From a virus (lineage: Duplodnaviria > Caudoviricetes): a DNA stretch of 38,544 nt. A program made the position numbers and the translations under genes. Location: positions 1 through 38,544 of IMG/VR virus record IMGVR_UViG_3300034008_000092. One strand, 5' to 3'. Positions within the stretch are counted from its first letter, which is position 1; the number at the start of each line of letters is the position of its first letter. This document shows positions 25,144 through 34,041 of the stretch, in pieces. A model generated the notes under the pieces. It did not search any database and was not told the DNA's origin. It saw only the letters and a list, made by a program, of their open reading frames with translations.

Positions 25144-26304
25144 CTAAGCGGCACTGCTGCCCACTTCGTTGAGGTAGCTAGTGCCCTGCTCCAATTCTTC
25201 GCGGAGCTTGGCGGTGTTATAGTCAGGGTTTACACAAATGGCCAGCAGGCGGGCTACCTCCTTTTTGCCCAGGGCCCCGCCGTTGGCGTTGGCTAAAAAC
25301 CTCAGCTGCGCCTCAACCTCTGCCCGGCTGCCCGGCACCTGCAGCTGCTCATATTCGGCCCCGATAGCGGCCGTTAGCTCCGCGTAGTTTGCCGGCAGGT
25401 CGGCCCCGGCCTCTGTGATGGTTTTCACCAGGCGGGTGATGCAGGTTTCTGCCCGTTCGTGCGTAAAGCGGAGGTAATTCAGCAGCGCCGTGCTGCGCGT
25501 GGTTTGCGGTATGGCCGGATTTTGCAGCAGGGCCCCGATGAGCTGATGCTGCAGGCCGGTGCTCAGCAGGATGCCGGCGGCCTGCACTCGTGCGTTACGG
25601 TCGGCCACCGCGGCAGCTGCCGAGCCCGGGGTTGGCACCCGGCGCGGCGGGGTGGTGCTGGCCACCATCACCGGCGGGGCCGAGGCGGGCACCTCCGGCT
25701 GCACCAGTGGCTCAGCCGGTGCCTCAGCCGGGGCCGGGGTGATGCGGGCCGCGGCCCCGGTTGGCGTTGCCACATTTGGAACAGCTGCCGGCGCGGTGCT
25801 GTAGTCCATTTCTTCCGCGGGGGTGGCTTCATAGCCCGCGGCGCGAATAATCCAGGCCAGAATATTGCGGTAGGCCTTGCCGATTGCCCGCGTCTGTGCC
25901 ATGCTCAAAATCGCAAATTCCTGGTTGGATTTCTGCCGCGGCTCCTTGTTTGAACAAATGGCAAAGCCCGCGCCAACCGTCACCCCTTGCTGCAGGCTAA
26001 AGAGCGTAACCTGAACCTCATACTTGATTTCTTCGCTAGTAGAGCGGTTTTTTACCTTTTGCACAATTGGCACAATGCCCAACCGGCTGCCGGCGTACTG
26101 CCAGCCTTCCACGTTCACAAACTCTTTGCCCTGTACGTTCGTGGTGAGCTTGTTCTCTTTGATGAATTTAGCCAGGTCGTTAGCCAGGCCGAGGGTATCA
26201 GCGCCGTAGTTGGTGCCGGGCACTGGTGCAGCCTGAACAGTAGTAAGGCCGGTAGATTTTGGCCGGCCGGGGCCGCGTTTTGTGGTTTTTACTGCAGGAG
26301 TCAT
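25144..26304 (-). CDS. Single-strand annealing recombinase (Rad52/Sak/ERF-like) with N-terminal AT-hook
   Basis: VQGKEFVNVEGW...GFAICS..E...ILSMAQTRAIGKAYRN...TPAEEM; KRGPGRPK AT-hook. Confidence 0.65.
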   Translation of the reverse strand: MTPAVKTTKRGPGRPKSTGLTTVQAAPVPGTNYGADTLGLANDLAKFIKENKLTTNVQGKEFVNVEGWQYAGSRLGIVPIVQKVKNRSTSEEIKYEVQVTLFSLQQGVTVGAGFAICSNKEPRQKSNQEFAILSMAQTRAIGKAYRNILAWIIRAAGYEATPAEEMDYSTAPAAVPNVATPTGAAARITPAPAEAPAEPLVQPEVPASAPPVMVASTTPPRRVPTPGSAAAAVADRNARVQAAGILLSTGLQHQLIGALLQNPAIPQTTRSTALLNYLRFTHERAETCITRLVKTITEAGADLPANYAELTAAIGAEYEQLQVPGSRAEVEAQLRFLANANGGALGKKEVARLLAICVNPDYNTAKLREELEQGTSYLNEVGSSAA

Positions 26305-26379
26305 TATCTTTGTGATGTAGGATTTAAAAAGTAGTTATTTGCACAAATGGCAGCCGGGCAAGGGCTGCCATTTGCCGTT

Positions 26380-26709
26380 TTAGGCGGCTACGGTTTCGGG
26401 CTCATCGGTGGCCAGCATCGGCACATCAAGCGCGGCCAGCTGAGCAGCCGAGCGCACCGCCTCCGGCCAGCGGCCACCGGGGCGCACTACCAGGGCGAAG
26501 CGGGGCACCGCGGCGCGGGCCCCGAGCCGGGCGTTGTCGAGGGGCTGCAGCGGGCCGGCCGCGGCCAGTACCGCGGCGTAGGCGCGGGCCTGCCGTTCGG
26601 CCAGCTGCTTATCGGTGCAGGTGGCCATGCCGGCGTAACAGCCACCGATAAAGGCGGCGGCGGTGAAAAAAGCGCCGTGCTGTTTGGTGATAACGGTAAT
26701 TTCTTCCAT
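26380..26709 (-). CDS. Hypothetical protein
   Basis: ATG after a T-rich leader. Confidence 0.55.
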   Translation of the reverse strand: MEEITVITKQHGAFFTAAAFIGGCYAGMATCTDKQLAERQARAYAAVLAAAGPLQPLDNARLGARAAVPRFALVVRPGGRWPEAVRSAAQLAALDVPMLATDEPETVAA

Positions 26710-26758
26710 CGGGCAAGTAGGAAAAAAGGGTTGAAAAAAAGGTTAAAAATACAGGGCC

Positions 26759-26995
26759 CTAGGCCTTGCCGAGCAGCTGCTGCTCTAATATTTCGGTGCA
26801 GAGTGCGGCAAGTGGCCATTTCTTCATTTTTGGCCCCCTTTTGCTATTGGTCGGGTAGGTTAGGCCCCGGTCGAGCTGCAGCTGAGCCAGGGCGCGGCCG
26901 GCCGGCCCGCTGATGATGGTGCGAACATCGTAGGGCGTATCATCCTCAGCGGTGGCCAGGTCAGGCGGGGCGGTGTCGGTCATGGTGTCGAGCAT
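26759..26995 (-). CDS. Small putative DNA-binding regulator (ribbon-helix-helix-like)
   Basis: First gene after the early promoter; strand-helix-helix pattern VRTIIS-GPAGRALAQLQL...PLAALCTEILEQQL. Confidence 0.45.
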   Translation of the reverse strand: MLDTMTDTAPPDLATAEDDTPYDVRTIISGPAGRALAQLQLDRGLTYPTNSKRGPKMKKWPLAALCTEILEQQLLGKA

Positions 26996-27025
26996 ATAGT
27001 TGGGGATTGTGTAGGTGAAGTGTGG

Positions 27026-27060
27026 CAAACTTACACACTTTTACACAAACTATCACAAAA
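27026..27060 (-). promoter_or_regulatory. Main early promoter with 34-bp operator repeat (copy 2)
   Basis: TAAGTTTG (-7 box) at 27026-27033, TTTG about 22 nt upstream, overlapping the repeat shared with 17159-17192. Confidence 0.78.
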
Positions 27061-27075
27061 AAGATGCAGGCCACG

Positions 27076-27107
27076 AAAAAGGGGCCGACCGCGCCGGCCG
27101 GCCCCTT
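27076..27107 (-). terminator. Terminator of the tail operon
   Basis: AAGGGGCCG...CGGCCCCTT stem with T5 on the - strand. Confidence 0.7.
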
Positions 27108-27137
27108 ACTCGCTGCAGCAGCTGGTGCACCTGGTGC

Positions 27138-28016
27138 TCAGTCGAGCCCTATCCACTGCCATACTACCGTAACGTAGTAGGGCGGCCGGTTTTCGTGGGC
27201 CTGGTTGCCGCCGGTGCTGCCCGTCGTTTTGTTATCGTTGCGCTCCTGATAGGGGCGGGCATTGCTGCCTGCGTCGGTGTCCCGCGTTTCGGCGTGATAC
27301 TTATCTACGTAGGGGTGCGTGTGGGCCGGCATTTGGGCAATGGTGAGCGTTACCGACTCCGCGCCCCCGGTTTTGCCTACCGTGTCGTAGTCCCCGCCCG
27401 CGTCGGTTGGGTTATCGGAGTAGGCCACCCGCCAGAGCTTGCGGAGGTCGGCCGTGCCGTTGGCCGCGTTGCCGTTGGCCAGGGCCCACCCGGCCCGCGG
27501 GCCATCGGCCAGGCCGCGGCCGGTCGGGTCGATGATATCAGCGGTCGGGGCCGGTGCTACGCTATCCTGCAAATCACCCAGCTGCCGGGTGAGGCTTTCG
27601 ACCCACTTCGCATAGGTGCGGGTAGCCCCGCGCTGAAAGAGCACCCGCTGAGTGCCGGCGGGGGCCGTGCCATCGGGCTGAGTAACGAGGGTGAGCTCAC
27701 TCATGCAGGCCTTGCTGCCGCCCGTTTGGTAGGGCCGAAAGTCGGTATCATCGGCCGGGCCGGCCACCACCTCAGCCGGAAACGTTACCCCGTTGGCTCC
27801 GAGGTAGCGGCAGATTTGGCCGGCTATCCAAATGTAGCCGGCCGAAATATCACCGGTGGCCGCGCCCGGGGCCCGGCTCACTACGCACCCGCTGAGCACC
27901 ATCGCGGGCGCTCCCTGCAGCGGGGACTCAATAGCATCGTGTGCCTCCGTTTGAAGGGTCAGAATATCATCGTTCGTAAACGGCCGGCCGCCGGTATCGA
28001 GTTGTAAAAGGTTCAT
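27138..28016 (-). CDS. Tail fibre / collar-domain baseplate protein
   Basis: VLSGC...GYIWIAG; GWALANG..GTADLR...KTGGAESVTLTIAQMPAHTH...AHENRPPYY. Confidence 0.8.
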   Translation of the reverse strand: MNLLQLDTGGRPFTNDDILTLQTEAHDAIESPLQGAPAMVLSGCVVSRAPGAATGDISAGYIWIAGQICRYLGANGVTFPAEVVAGPADDTDFRPYQTGGSKACMSELTLVTQPDGTAPAGTQRVLFQRGATRTYAKWVESLTRQLGDLQDSVAPAPTADIIDPTGRGLADGPRAGWALANGNAANGTADLRKLWRVAYSDNPTDAGGDYDTVGKTGGAESVTLTIAQMPAHTHPYVDKYHAETRDTDAGSNARPYQERNDNKTTGSTGGNQAHENRPPYYVTVVWQWIGLD

Positions 28017-28024
28017 TGCAGAAA

Positions 28025-28522
28025 TTAGATGTAAAGCAGTTTGTGTTTGATAAGAGCGAGTTTTAGCTGCCCGATGCGGGCCTGCACCGCGGCCTCAGCG
28101 GGCCGGAGGCTGCGCGGCAGCTGCACCGTAAAGCCGACCTGATTCACGTAGCCGGCCCAGTATTCGAAGTAGAGGGGGGGCTCACCCTCAGCCTCAAAAA
28201 ACACCGGCACCGCCGGCTGCTGCTCAGCCACGAAATTGAGGTAAATCGGCTGCAGGAACGTATCGGCGTTAATTATCCGGATGCGTCGAAAAACCGGGTC
28301 AAACTTATCATTAAGGGCTTTTTCGAGCATCAGCGTTTGCCCGTTATAGCTGAGCTCCGTTCGTGTGGCCGCGGCATAGGCCACAAACTGCGCGTAGAGC
28401 TCAGCCGCCGGCTGCAGCTGCGCCTGCAGCCAGGCCAGCGTTACCGGCTTTCGGAGCAGGGAGGGCAGCAGCGAATTAATGAGGGCCGGCAGGTTAAACC
28501 GGTAGCGGAGGGGTGCGGGCAT
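28025..28522 (-). CDS. Baseplate wedge protein (gp48/gpI-like position)
   Basis: LLPSLLRKP...YNGQTLMLEKALNDKFD; follows the J-like gene. Confidence 0.65.
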   Translation of the reverse strand: MPAPLRYRFNLPALINSLLPSLLRKPVTLAWLQAQLQPAAELYAQFVAYAAATRTELSYNGQTLMLEKALNDKFDPVFRRIRIINADTFLQPIYLNFVAEQQPAVPVFFEAEGEPPLYFEYWAGYVNQVGFTVQLPRSLRPAEAAVQARIGQLKLALIKHKLLYI

Positions 28523-29391
28523 TACTTGTAAGGCAGATAGGTGAGGGTGTCGGCCAGGGTCGAGCCCGCGGCGTTATCCAAAACGATATAGCCGGCCTCC
28601 GTTTCGTAGGTGCGGGTGATAACCTTCGGGGCGGTGGCCCCGGCCCGGGCGCTCACCTGCACCAGCTGCACATCTTTCACCTTGGCCACTGCCTGCAGGG
28701 CATCGACTATTTTCGACAAATACAGCGTTCCATCAAAATCAGGATTCAGGTCGGCCGCGGTTTTGGCCGGGTCGGTTGAGGTGCTGCTCAGCTCTGCGAG
28801 GTAGGCCTGCACCGCGGCCTCACTGGCCGCCTGCAGCAGGGGCACATCGGCCTGAGCATCGTAGTAAATGGTGCCGACTACTTTCAGTTTATCCGCGGCC
28901 CGGCTCACTACCTCTTTCCGCACCCCGGCGAAGCCTATCCGGTCGAAATAGGCCGTTACCTCCGTTCGCTCAGCCAGGCTCAGCGGGGCCAGGGTGCCCG
29001 GCTGAGGCCCGTCTTTGGCCACTTTGATAGTGAGCTTGCCGCTGAGGGCATCCTCAACGGCCGCGGCCCGGGTGATGATTTTCGCGCCGGTGCTGCCGGC
29101 GGGGTAGTGTATGCCCTCATCATCGGCAATAACGGAATCACCCGCCTGAAAGAGCAGCGCCTGCTGCGCGTACCAGGGCGCGGTGCCCGGCTTAGCCCTA
29201 GCCAGGGCTGCATCTACATCGGCTTTGTGCCGGTCGAAAATCGTTTCTAATACGTAGTGCGCCCCGGAAACTACGTAGGCCCACAGCCGATGCAGGGCCG
29301 TATCGGAGGGGCTATTTACATCGGCCAGCCGGGCATCAGCGGCCCGGGCCGCGTCGATGGAATCAAAAATTTCGGTTATGGTGCGGGCCAT
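28522..29391 (-). CDS. Baseplate J-like wedge protein
   Basis: MARTITEI...WY...FQAGD...FDGTLYLSKIVDALQAVAKVKDV. Confidence 0.75.
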   Translation of the reverse strand: MARTITEIFDSIDAARAADARLADVNSPSDTALHRLWAYVVSGAHYVLETIFDRHKADVDAALARAKPGTAPWYAQQALLFQAGDSVIADDEGIHYPAGSTGAKIITRAAAVEDALSGKLTIKVAKDGPQPGTLAPLSLAERTEVTAYFDRIGFAGVRKEVVSRAADKLKVVGTIYYDAQADVPLLQAASEAAVQAYLAELSSTSTDPAKTAADLNPDFDGTLYLSKIVDALQAVAKVKDVQLVQVSARAGATAPKVITRTYETEAGYIVLDNAAGSTLADTLTYLPYK

Positions 29392-29392
29392 T

Positions 29393-30475
29393 TTAATAAA
29401 TCAATTCGAGCGCGTTCAAAAAATTGGGGTTGGCATTGGTAGCGCGGAGGTAGAGCGTGGGGGAAACGCCGGCCGGGTTTATATCCAGGTTGGGGGCGAA
29501 TTGCGCCCGGCCCGCGGCATCAAAGGCCAGCGGCAGCCAGGCCGAACCGTCGAGGCTGTACTCCGCGGCCGTTAGGTCGGCATCGTAGCACGAAACGCCG
29601 GTGATGGTCACGCGCTCCGCGGGCGTGAAATGCCCGTTAACCGGGGCCTGCAGGACACTGCCGGCCGCAAAGGTTCGGATGCCGTCAATCTTAATAAACC
29701 CCTTCCCGGCCATCCAATCCGCGGTAAATTCCGCGGTGGCGTTGTTTTTCAGGCTGGTGCTATCAAACAGCACCCCGCCCGGTGCACTTACCTGATTGTA
29801 GTCCTGAATAAATTTGGCGCTCCGGTCGGTGCGCGTGGCCGGGTTGTCGAGCAACGCAATTTCGGTATCGGTCAGGCCGGCCGAATAAAAGGCCACACAG
29901 TCAAGATAGCCGCGAAAAAATCGGTTTGCGGTGCCCCCTATTTGTATTTCATTGTTCGTGTCAAAATCCACCATTCCGCCGTAATAAGTGAGGTCCGTAA
30001 TTCGCACCCCGTCAATAAAGAATCGGACGTTGTTCAGGTCCGACGCTTCCGCCACGGTGGACGTGCTGCGCGTGACACACAGCGTATGAAAGCGGCCATC
30101 AAGCGGCCACGGCGTATTAGCATAAAGGCCGCCATTGGCCCCGCCGGAGAAAAAGCCGAACTGAGCCCGCAACGGATTAGCAGCCGAGGGGCCCGCGTTG
30201 CCTTTGAGGTACATTACCCAGCCGGTGCCGCCTGCGTTGGCCTTATTCACAAAGGCCAGCTCATTCGAGCCGCCATCAAACACCTCATGCCCCAAAAAGC
30301 AGAACCGGGCGTAAATGGTAAACGGGCCGCTGCCGAAATTGTAAAAGGGAGAGTTCGGCTGGTGAATAAAAAGCCCGCCCCCAAAGGCAGCTTGCGAAAT
30401 TTTCAGGGCCCGCTGCCCCGCGGCCAGGTTGGGGTTAATGCCCCGAACGAGTTGGTAAGTGGTCAGGTCGAGCAT
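29393..30475 (-). CDS. LamG/concanavalin-like lectin domain virion protein
   Basis: DGRFHTLCVTR...FFIDG...IQIGG...FRGYLDCVAFYSAGLTDTEI. Confidence 0.75.
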   Translation of the reverse strand: MLDLTTYQLVRGINPNLAAGQRALKISQAAFGGGLFIHQPNSPFYNFGSGPFTIYARFCFLGHEVFDGGSNELAFVNKANAGGTGWVMYLKGNAGPSAANPLRAQFGFFSGGANGGLYANTPWPLDGRFHTLCVTRSTSTVAEASDLNNVRFFIDGVRITDLTYYGGMVDFDTNNEIQIGGTANRFFRGYLDCVAFYSAGLTDTEIALLDNPATRTDRSAKFIQDYNQVSAPGGVLFDSTSLKNNATAEFTADWMAGKGFIKIDGIRTFAAGSVLQAPVNGHFTPAERVTITGVSCYDADLTAAEYSLDGSAWLPLAFDAAGRAQFAPNLDINPAGVSPTLYLRATNANPNFLNALELIY

Positions 30476-31689
30476 TAGATGAGGGGCTGAATGAGCAGGG
30501 CACCCTCAGCCGAGCTTTTGCCGGGCTTTAGGGTATGGTCGGCGTACACGCTAAACCCGAAATTTGTCACAATGGAGGCCGTGAGGGCATTAATGGCACT
30601 GTTCAGGCCCTGACTGCCGCCGAAGCTGCTAAACGGGCCGAAGTTGGTCGCATCGCCGTTTTGGTCTTTGTAGGAGAGCACGTAGGCAACGCTGGCCACG
30701 TCGTAGTTATAATCATAAGCCATAAACAGCACCTTGCGCCGGAAATAAAGCGGCAGGCGCGTAGTGGTTTGCGTGACGCTCACCAGCAGCAGCTGATTAT
30801 TTACGGCCCCTTCTACGGCCGACCTCACCGCGGCCACCGAGGGCACCCCGGCGGCGCTGTTACTGCTCAAATCCTGCTCCGGCGTTAGGCTGCTGCCTAC
30901 TATCAGTTTGCTGCCATCGGAGCTGAGGGTGCCGCCCTGCACCACCGCCTGCAGGTCGGCCGCGGTTAGCGTCACGTCACCGGTGCGGGTGTTGAACTTG
31001 CTCACCCCGGCCGAGGTGCCGCCGTTGCCGGTTACAACGGTGGCCGCGGGGGCATCGGGCGAAGTGAAGCGGAGCCGCCACTGCCCGCCCCCGGCCAGGT
31101 CGGCCGCGGCCTGCGCGGCCGTGCGATAGCACTCATAAATCAGCACCTTGCTGGCCGACTGCGCGAAAAACCAGGTATCACCCACCGCGCCGGCATCGTT
31201 GGCGGTCGGGGCTACCGACTCCCAACGCATTTTATTGCCCGCGGCCCCGTCGGCTCCATCTTCGCCATGCAGCGAGGTGAGCCAGTCGGCTAGGTTCAGC
31301 TGCCCGCCGGCCAGCTGGTAGAGCTCAAAGTTGGTTTTTCCGTTGGTGCCGTTCGTGCCGTTCGTGCCGTTGGTGCCATTGGTGCCGTTTTTGCCGGCTT
31401 TGCCATCCTTGCCCTTGAAACTGCCCTTATACTGCCAGCCGCCGGCATCGTAGCCGTGCACATCACCGGTCAGCGTATCAATATAGGCATCACCCGGCAG
31501 CCCGATTGCAGCACCAGGTGCACCGGCCCCAAACTCAATTTGGGCCCCGCGCTGCAGGGTTTCCAGGTATTCAACGGCCGCGGCAATTTCGCCGGCTACG
31601 GCCTGCAGGTCGAGCGCGGAGGTGTCCTGTAGCCCCGGGCGGTAGTGGGCCACTGAGGCGGCCCGAATGTTATCAGCGTAGATACTCAT
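30475..31689 (-). CDS. Collagen-repeat tail fibre protein
   Basis: GAPGAAIGLPGDAYID, G-X-Y run (GKDGKAGKNGTNGTNGTNGTNG), WLTSLHG, VSKFNTRTGDVTLTAAD. Confidence 0.75.
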   Translation of the reverse strand: MSIYADNIRAASVAHYRPGLQDTSALDLQAVAGEIAAAVEYLETLQRGAQIEFGAGAPGAAIGLPGDAYIDTLTGDVHGYDAGGWQYKGSFKGKDGKAGKNGTNGTNGTNGTNGTNGKTNFELYQLAGGQLNLADWLTSLHGEDGADGAAGNKMRWESVAPTANDAGAVGDTWFFAQSASKVLIYECYRTAAQAAADLAGGGQWRLRFTSPDAPAATVVTGNGGTSAGVSKFNTRTGDVTLTAADLQAVVQGGTLSSDGSKLIVGSSLTPEQDLSSNSAAGVPSVAAVRSAVEGAVNNQLLLVSVTQTTTRLPLYFRRKVLFMAYDYNYDVASVAYVLSYKDQNGDATNFGPFSSFGGSQGLNSAINALTASIVTNFGFSVYADHTLKPGKSSAEGALLIQPLI

Positions 31690-31696
31690 TTGCAGT

Positions 31697-32014
31697 TTAA
31701 TAGAAGTCTGAGCGTTTTACATCGGCCGGCAGGAAGTCATGCAGCAGCTGCAGCACGGGCGGCACCACCGGCGCACCTTTTAGAATCGGGTCGGGCACAT
31801 TCACCCGGTAGGCCCGGGCGGCGTAGTAGCTGGCCACCTCCGGCGCTGCGAGCTGCGAGGCCTCCGGAATGAGGAGCAGCTGCCCGGGGGTGAGCAGGTC
31901 GGTTATGGCCAGGCCGTTCGCGTCGGCCAGGTCGAAAAGGGCGGCCGGGCTGCCCAGCTCCTGCAGGCACACATCGATGAGGCTCTGCCCGGCGCTTACT
32001 ACTACTTGCCTCAT
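31697..32014 (-). CDS. LysM-like baseplate protein
   Basis: GQSLIDVCLQELGSPAALFDLADANGLAITDLLTPGQLL. Confidence 0.8.
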   Translation of the reverse strand: MRQVVVSAGQSLIDVCLQELGSPAALFDLADANGLAITDLLTPGQLLLIPEASQLAAPEVASYYAARAYRVNVPDPILKGAPVVPPVLQLLHDFLPADVKRSDFY

Positions 32015-32322
32015 TGTCGATATGCGTCTAAATCAAGTTTGGAATCGGCCGACACCTTCACGGTGGCCACCGTGTACCCGTCACGCTCCAGCTGAATAGT
32101 GATGAGCCGCTGCAGCTCTGCCCGCCGGCGCTCATCCATCGGGCCGGCCAGCCAGCGGAGCAGGCCGATGCCGGTGAGCGGGCTCTGCCGCCATTCGCCG
32201 GGGTTGGTGAGCAGCAGCAGGGCCTGATGCTGTTCGTCGGCCTCAGCCAGCACAAAATCACCGCCGGCGGTGGCCAGGTCGTAATCGGCCGTAAGTTGAA
32301 AATCACCAGCTACCAGGCTCAT
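32011..32322 (-). CDS. Baseplate gp25/gp46-like protein
   Basis: GDFVL...HQALLL..PGEWRQSPLTGIGL...QLERDG. Confidence 0.7.
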   Translation of the reverse strand: MSLVAGDFQLTADYDLATAGGDFVLAEADEQHQALLLLTNPGEWRQSPLTGIGLLRWLAGPMDERRRAELQRLITIQLERDGYTVATVKVSADSKLDLDAYRQ

Positions 32323-32516
32323 ACTATTCGGCCGGTTTGCGAGGCGGCGCTGCCAGCAGTCTGCACCAGGCCCGCGGTTACAAAATCATAGATTGCCTGC
32401 GCCTGCCGTTGGGCGGCAGCCTGCCGGGCCGCGGCCGGGTCGGTTTCGGTGCTGAGGTCGAGCATCAGCTGCTCTAAATCCTGCACCAGCTTAGGGAGTG
32501 CGGTAGTGAGGGGCAT
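32319..32516 (-). CDS. Small tail/spike-associated protein
   Basis: Position after the spike; AIYDFV...QTGRI. Confidence 0.55.
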   Translation of the reverse strand: MPLTTALPKLVQDLEQLMLDLSTETDPAAARQAAAQRQAQAIYDFVTAGLVQTAGSAASQTGRIV

Positions 32517-32521
32517 CGGGG

Positions 32522-32983
32522 CTATGCAGTAAAAAGGTTAGGCAGGCGGGCAAACAGCTGCTGCACCGCCTGCAGCGAGTTGGGGGCAAGGCCCACCGTG
32601 GGCCCCTGGTTGGTGAGCAGCACCAGCTCCCCGATGAGCAGCTGGCCAAAGTCCTGCAGCCAGGTGAGCAGGCTCTCCTGCTCCGTGCTCAAAGTGAAGG
32701 TTTCGACCTCCGAAGCGGCCACCACAAAAGCGGTGTTTATATCGTTGCCGATGAGGCCCACCAGCACAACGCTGCCCTCCTTTGGCCACTGAATGAAGCC
32801 GGTCGCCTTGCCATCATCGACCGCCCTCAGCCGCACATCGAGCAACTTCGGGGCCGACTCGTCGAGGGGCTGCACATCGATGCAGGCCCCGGCCCGGTCG
32901 AGGCTCAGCACGGTGCCGGCAATCACCTGCACCGGCAGCTGCTCTATGATTAGTTGCTGCATCATTTCGCGGAAATTCATCAT
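32522..32983 (-). CDS. Baseplate spike (gpV/gp45-like OB fold)
   Basis: GTVLSLD...DVQPLD...DVRL...PKEGSVVLVG. Confidence 0.7.
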   Translation of the reverse strand: MMNFREMMQQLIIEQLPVQVIAGTVLSLDRAGACIDVQPLDESAPKLLDVRLRAVDDGKATGFIQWPKEGSVVLVGLIGNDINTAFVVAASEVETFTLSTEQESLLTWLQDFGQLLIGELVLLTNQGPTVGLAPNSLQAVQQLFARLPNLFTA

Positions 32984-34041
32984 AGCGCTTTGGGGCCGAT
33001 AAAGGACTGCCGGCGGCTGCCGCCCACTCCCCAGGTTTTTAAAACTTTGTCGATGCTGTAGGAGCCGGAGCGCTCCGGATAATCGGGGTCGACTATCTGC
33101 GCTATGTCGCCGTGCTCCGTCGCCGGCAGCCCGAAACCGGTCAGGCTGCCCCGATACCCGTCGAATCGGAGGCGTTTCGCTTCGCTGGCCACGTAGGCCC
33201 TCAGCTGCGCCTCATTCAGCCCGACCGCCGAAATGGTGCGGAGCTGGCCAGTGCCTTGCGGGCTGAATGAGTTCACCACCTGCGAGGCCGGCACCGCCGG
33301 GGCCCCTTTCTTGGCTTTTGGCTTGCCCTGCTTTGTGGCCCCGCCCTCATCGACTACAATCTTTTTGCCGCCGGGCAGGTAGCTGATGCCCTGAAAGTGC
33401 AGGGCCACATCTTGCGCCCTGGTGTAGGCCAAATCTGCGCTGATGATGTTTTGCCGAAACCCGAACTTGTGCACCACTGGCCGGCCGCGGAGCTGGTAGG
33501 GGTCACCCGCTACCAGGCTGCCGCCCCGAAAAAATACGCTGAGGCCAAACTGCTTTTTCAAGCTATCAAACACCTGCGCCCCGGTGGCCTTGTTAATGGT
33601 GTATTTGCCGAGCACCAGGCTGCCGAGCTCAATAATGGGAATTGAGCCGAGGCCGTTGGAGTCGAGCACGTACTGCAGCAGCTGGTGCAGGGTGACACTA
33701 CGCCAGGCGTTGCTGAGCTGCTTCCGTTTGAGCAGCCACATGGCATCCTCACACTCCACCACAAAGGGGGTGCCCGGCTTCACGGCCGACACATAGCCCG
33801 AAAATTCGGGCCTCAGCTGGCCATCGTAGCCGTAGCTCACCTGCACCGCGTCGCCTACGCTGATGAGGTCGGGCAGCGCGGCCACCGCGCCGGCGCGGAA
33901 GGCCTGCACATTCCGCGGCAGGGTGATGCTGCAGGTATCGGTGAAGCGCTGCCAGCTGCTCTCAATCTTCACCTCATGGCAGAACGTTATCGGCTTTAGG
34001 CTGCCTATCTGAATGAGCAGCGAGTTGGCGAGGCTGTACAT
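32980..34041 (-). CDS. Baseplate hub (gpD/gp44-like)
   Basis: SSWQRFTDTCSITLP...GYDG..EFSGYV...CEDAMWLLK...DGYRGSLTGFGLP. Confidence 0.8.
   Translation of the reverse strand: MYSLANSLLIQIGSLKPITFCHEVKIESSWQRFTDTCSITLPRNVQAFRAGAVAALPDLISVGDAVQVSYGYDGQLRPEFSGYVSAVKPGTPFVVECEDAMWLLKRKQLSNAWRSVTLHQLLQYVLDSNGLGSIPIIELGSLVLGKYTINKATGAQVFDSLKKQFGLSVFFRGGSLVAGDPYQLRGRPVVHKFGFRQNIISADLAYTRAQDVALHFQGISYLPGGKKIVVDEGGATKQGKPKAKKGAPAVPASQVVNSFSPQGTGQLRTISAVGLNEAQLRAYVASEAKRLRFDGYRGSLTGFGLPATEHGDIAQIVDPDYPERSGSYSIDKVLKTWGVGGSRRQSFIGPKAL

Noticed and set aside
27015-28007. Long + strand ORFs antisense to real genes (also 2237-2941, 16218-16979, 22845-23546, 29630-30478)
   Set aside because: Shadow ORFs typical of GC-rich DNA, with no motifs, opposite well-supported genes.
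27138-31689. Diversity-generating retroelement or invertible tail-fibre cassette
   Set aside because: No reverse transcriptase, invertase or TR/VR repeat pair seen.
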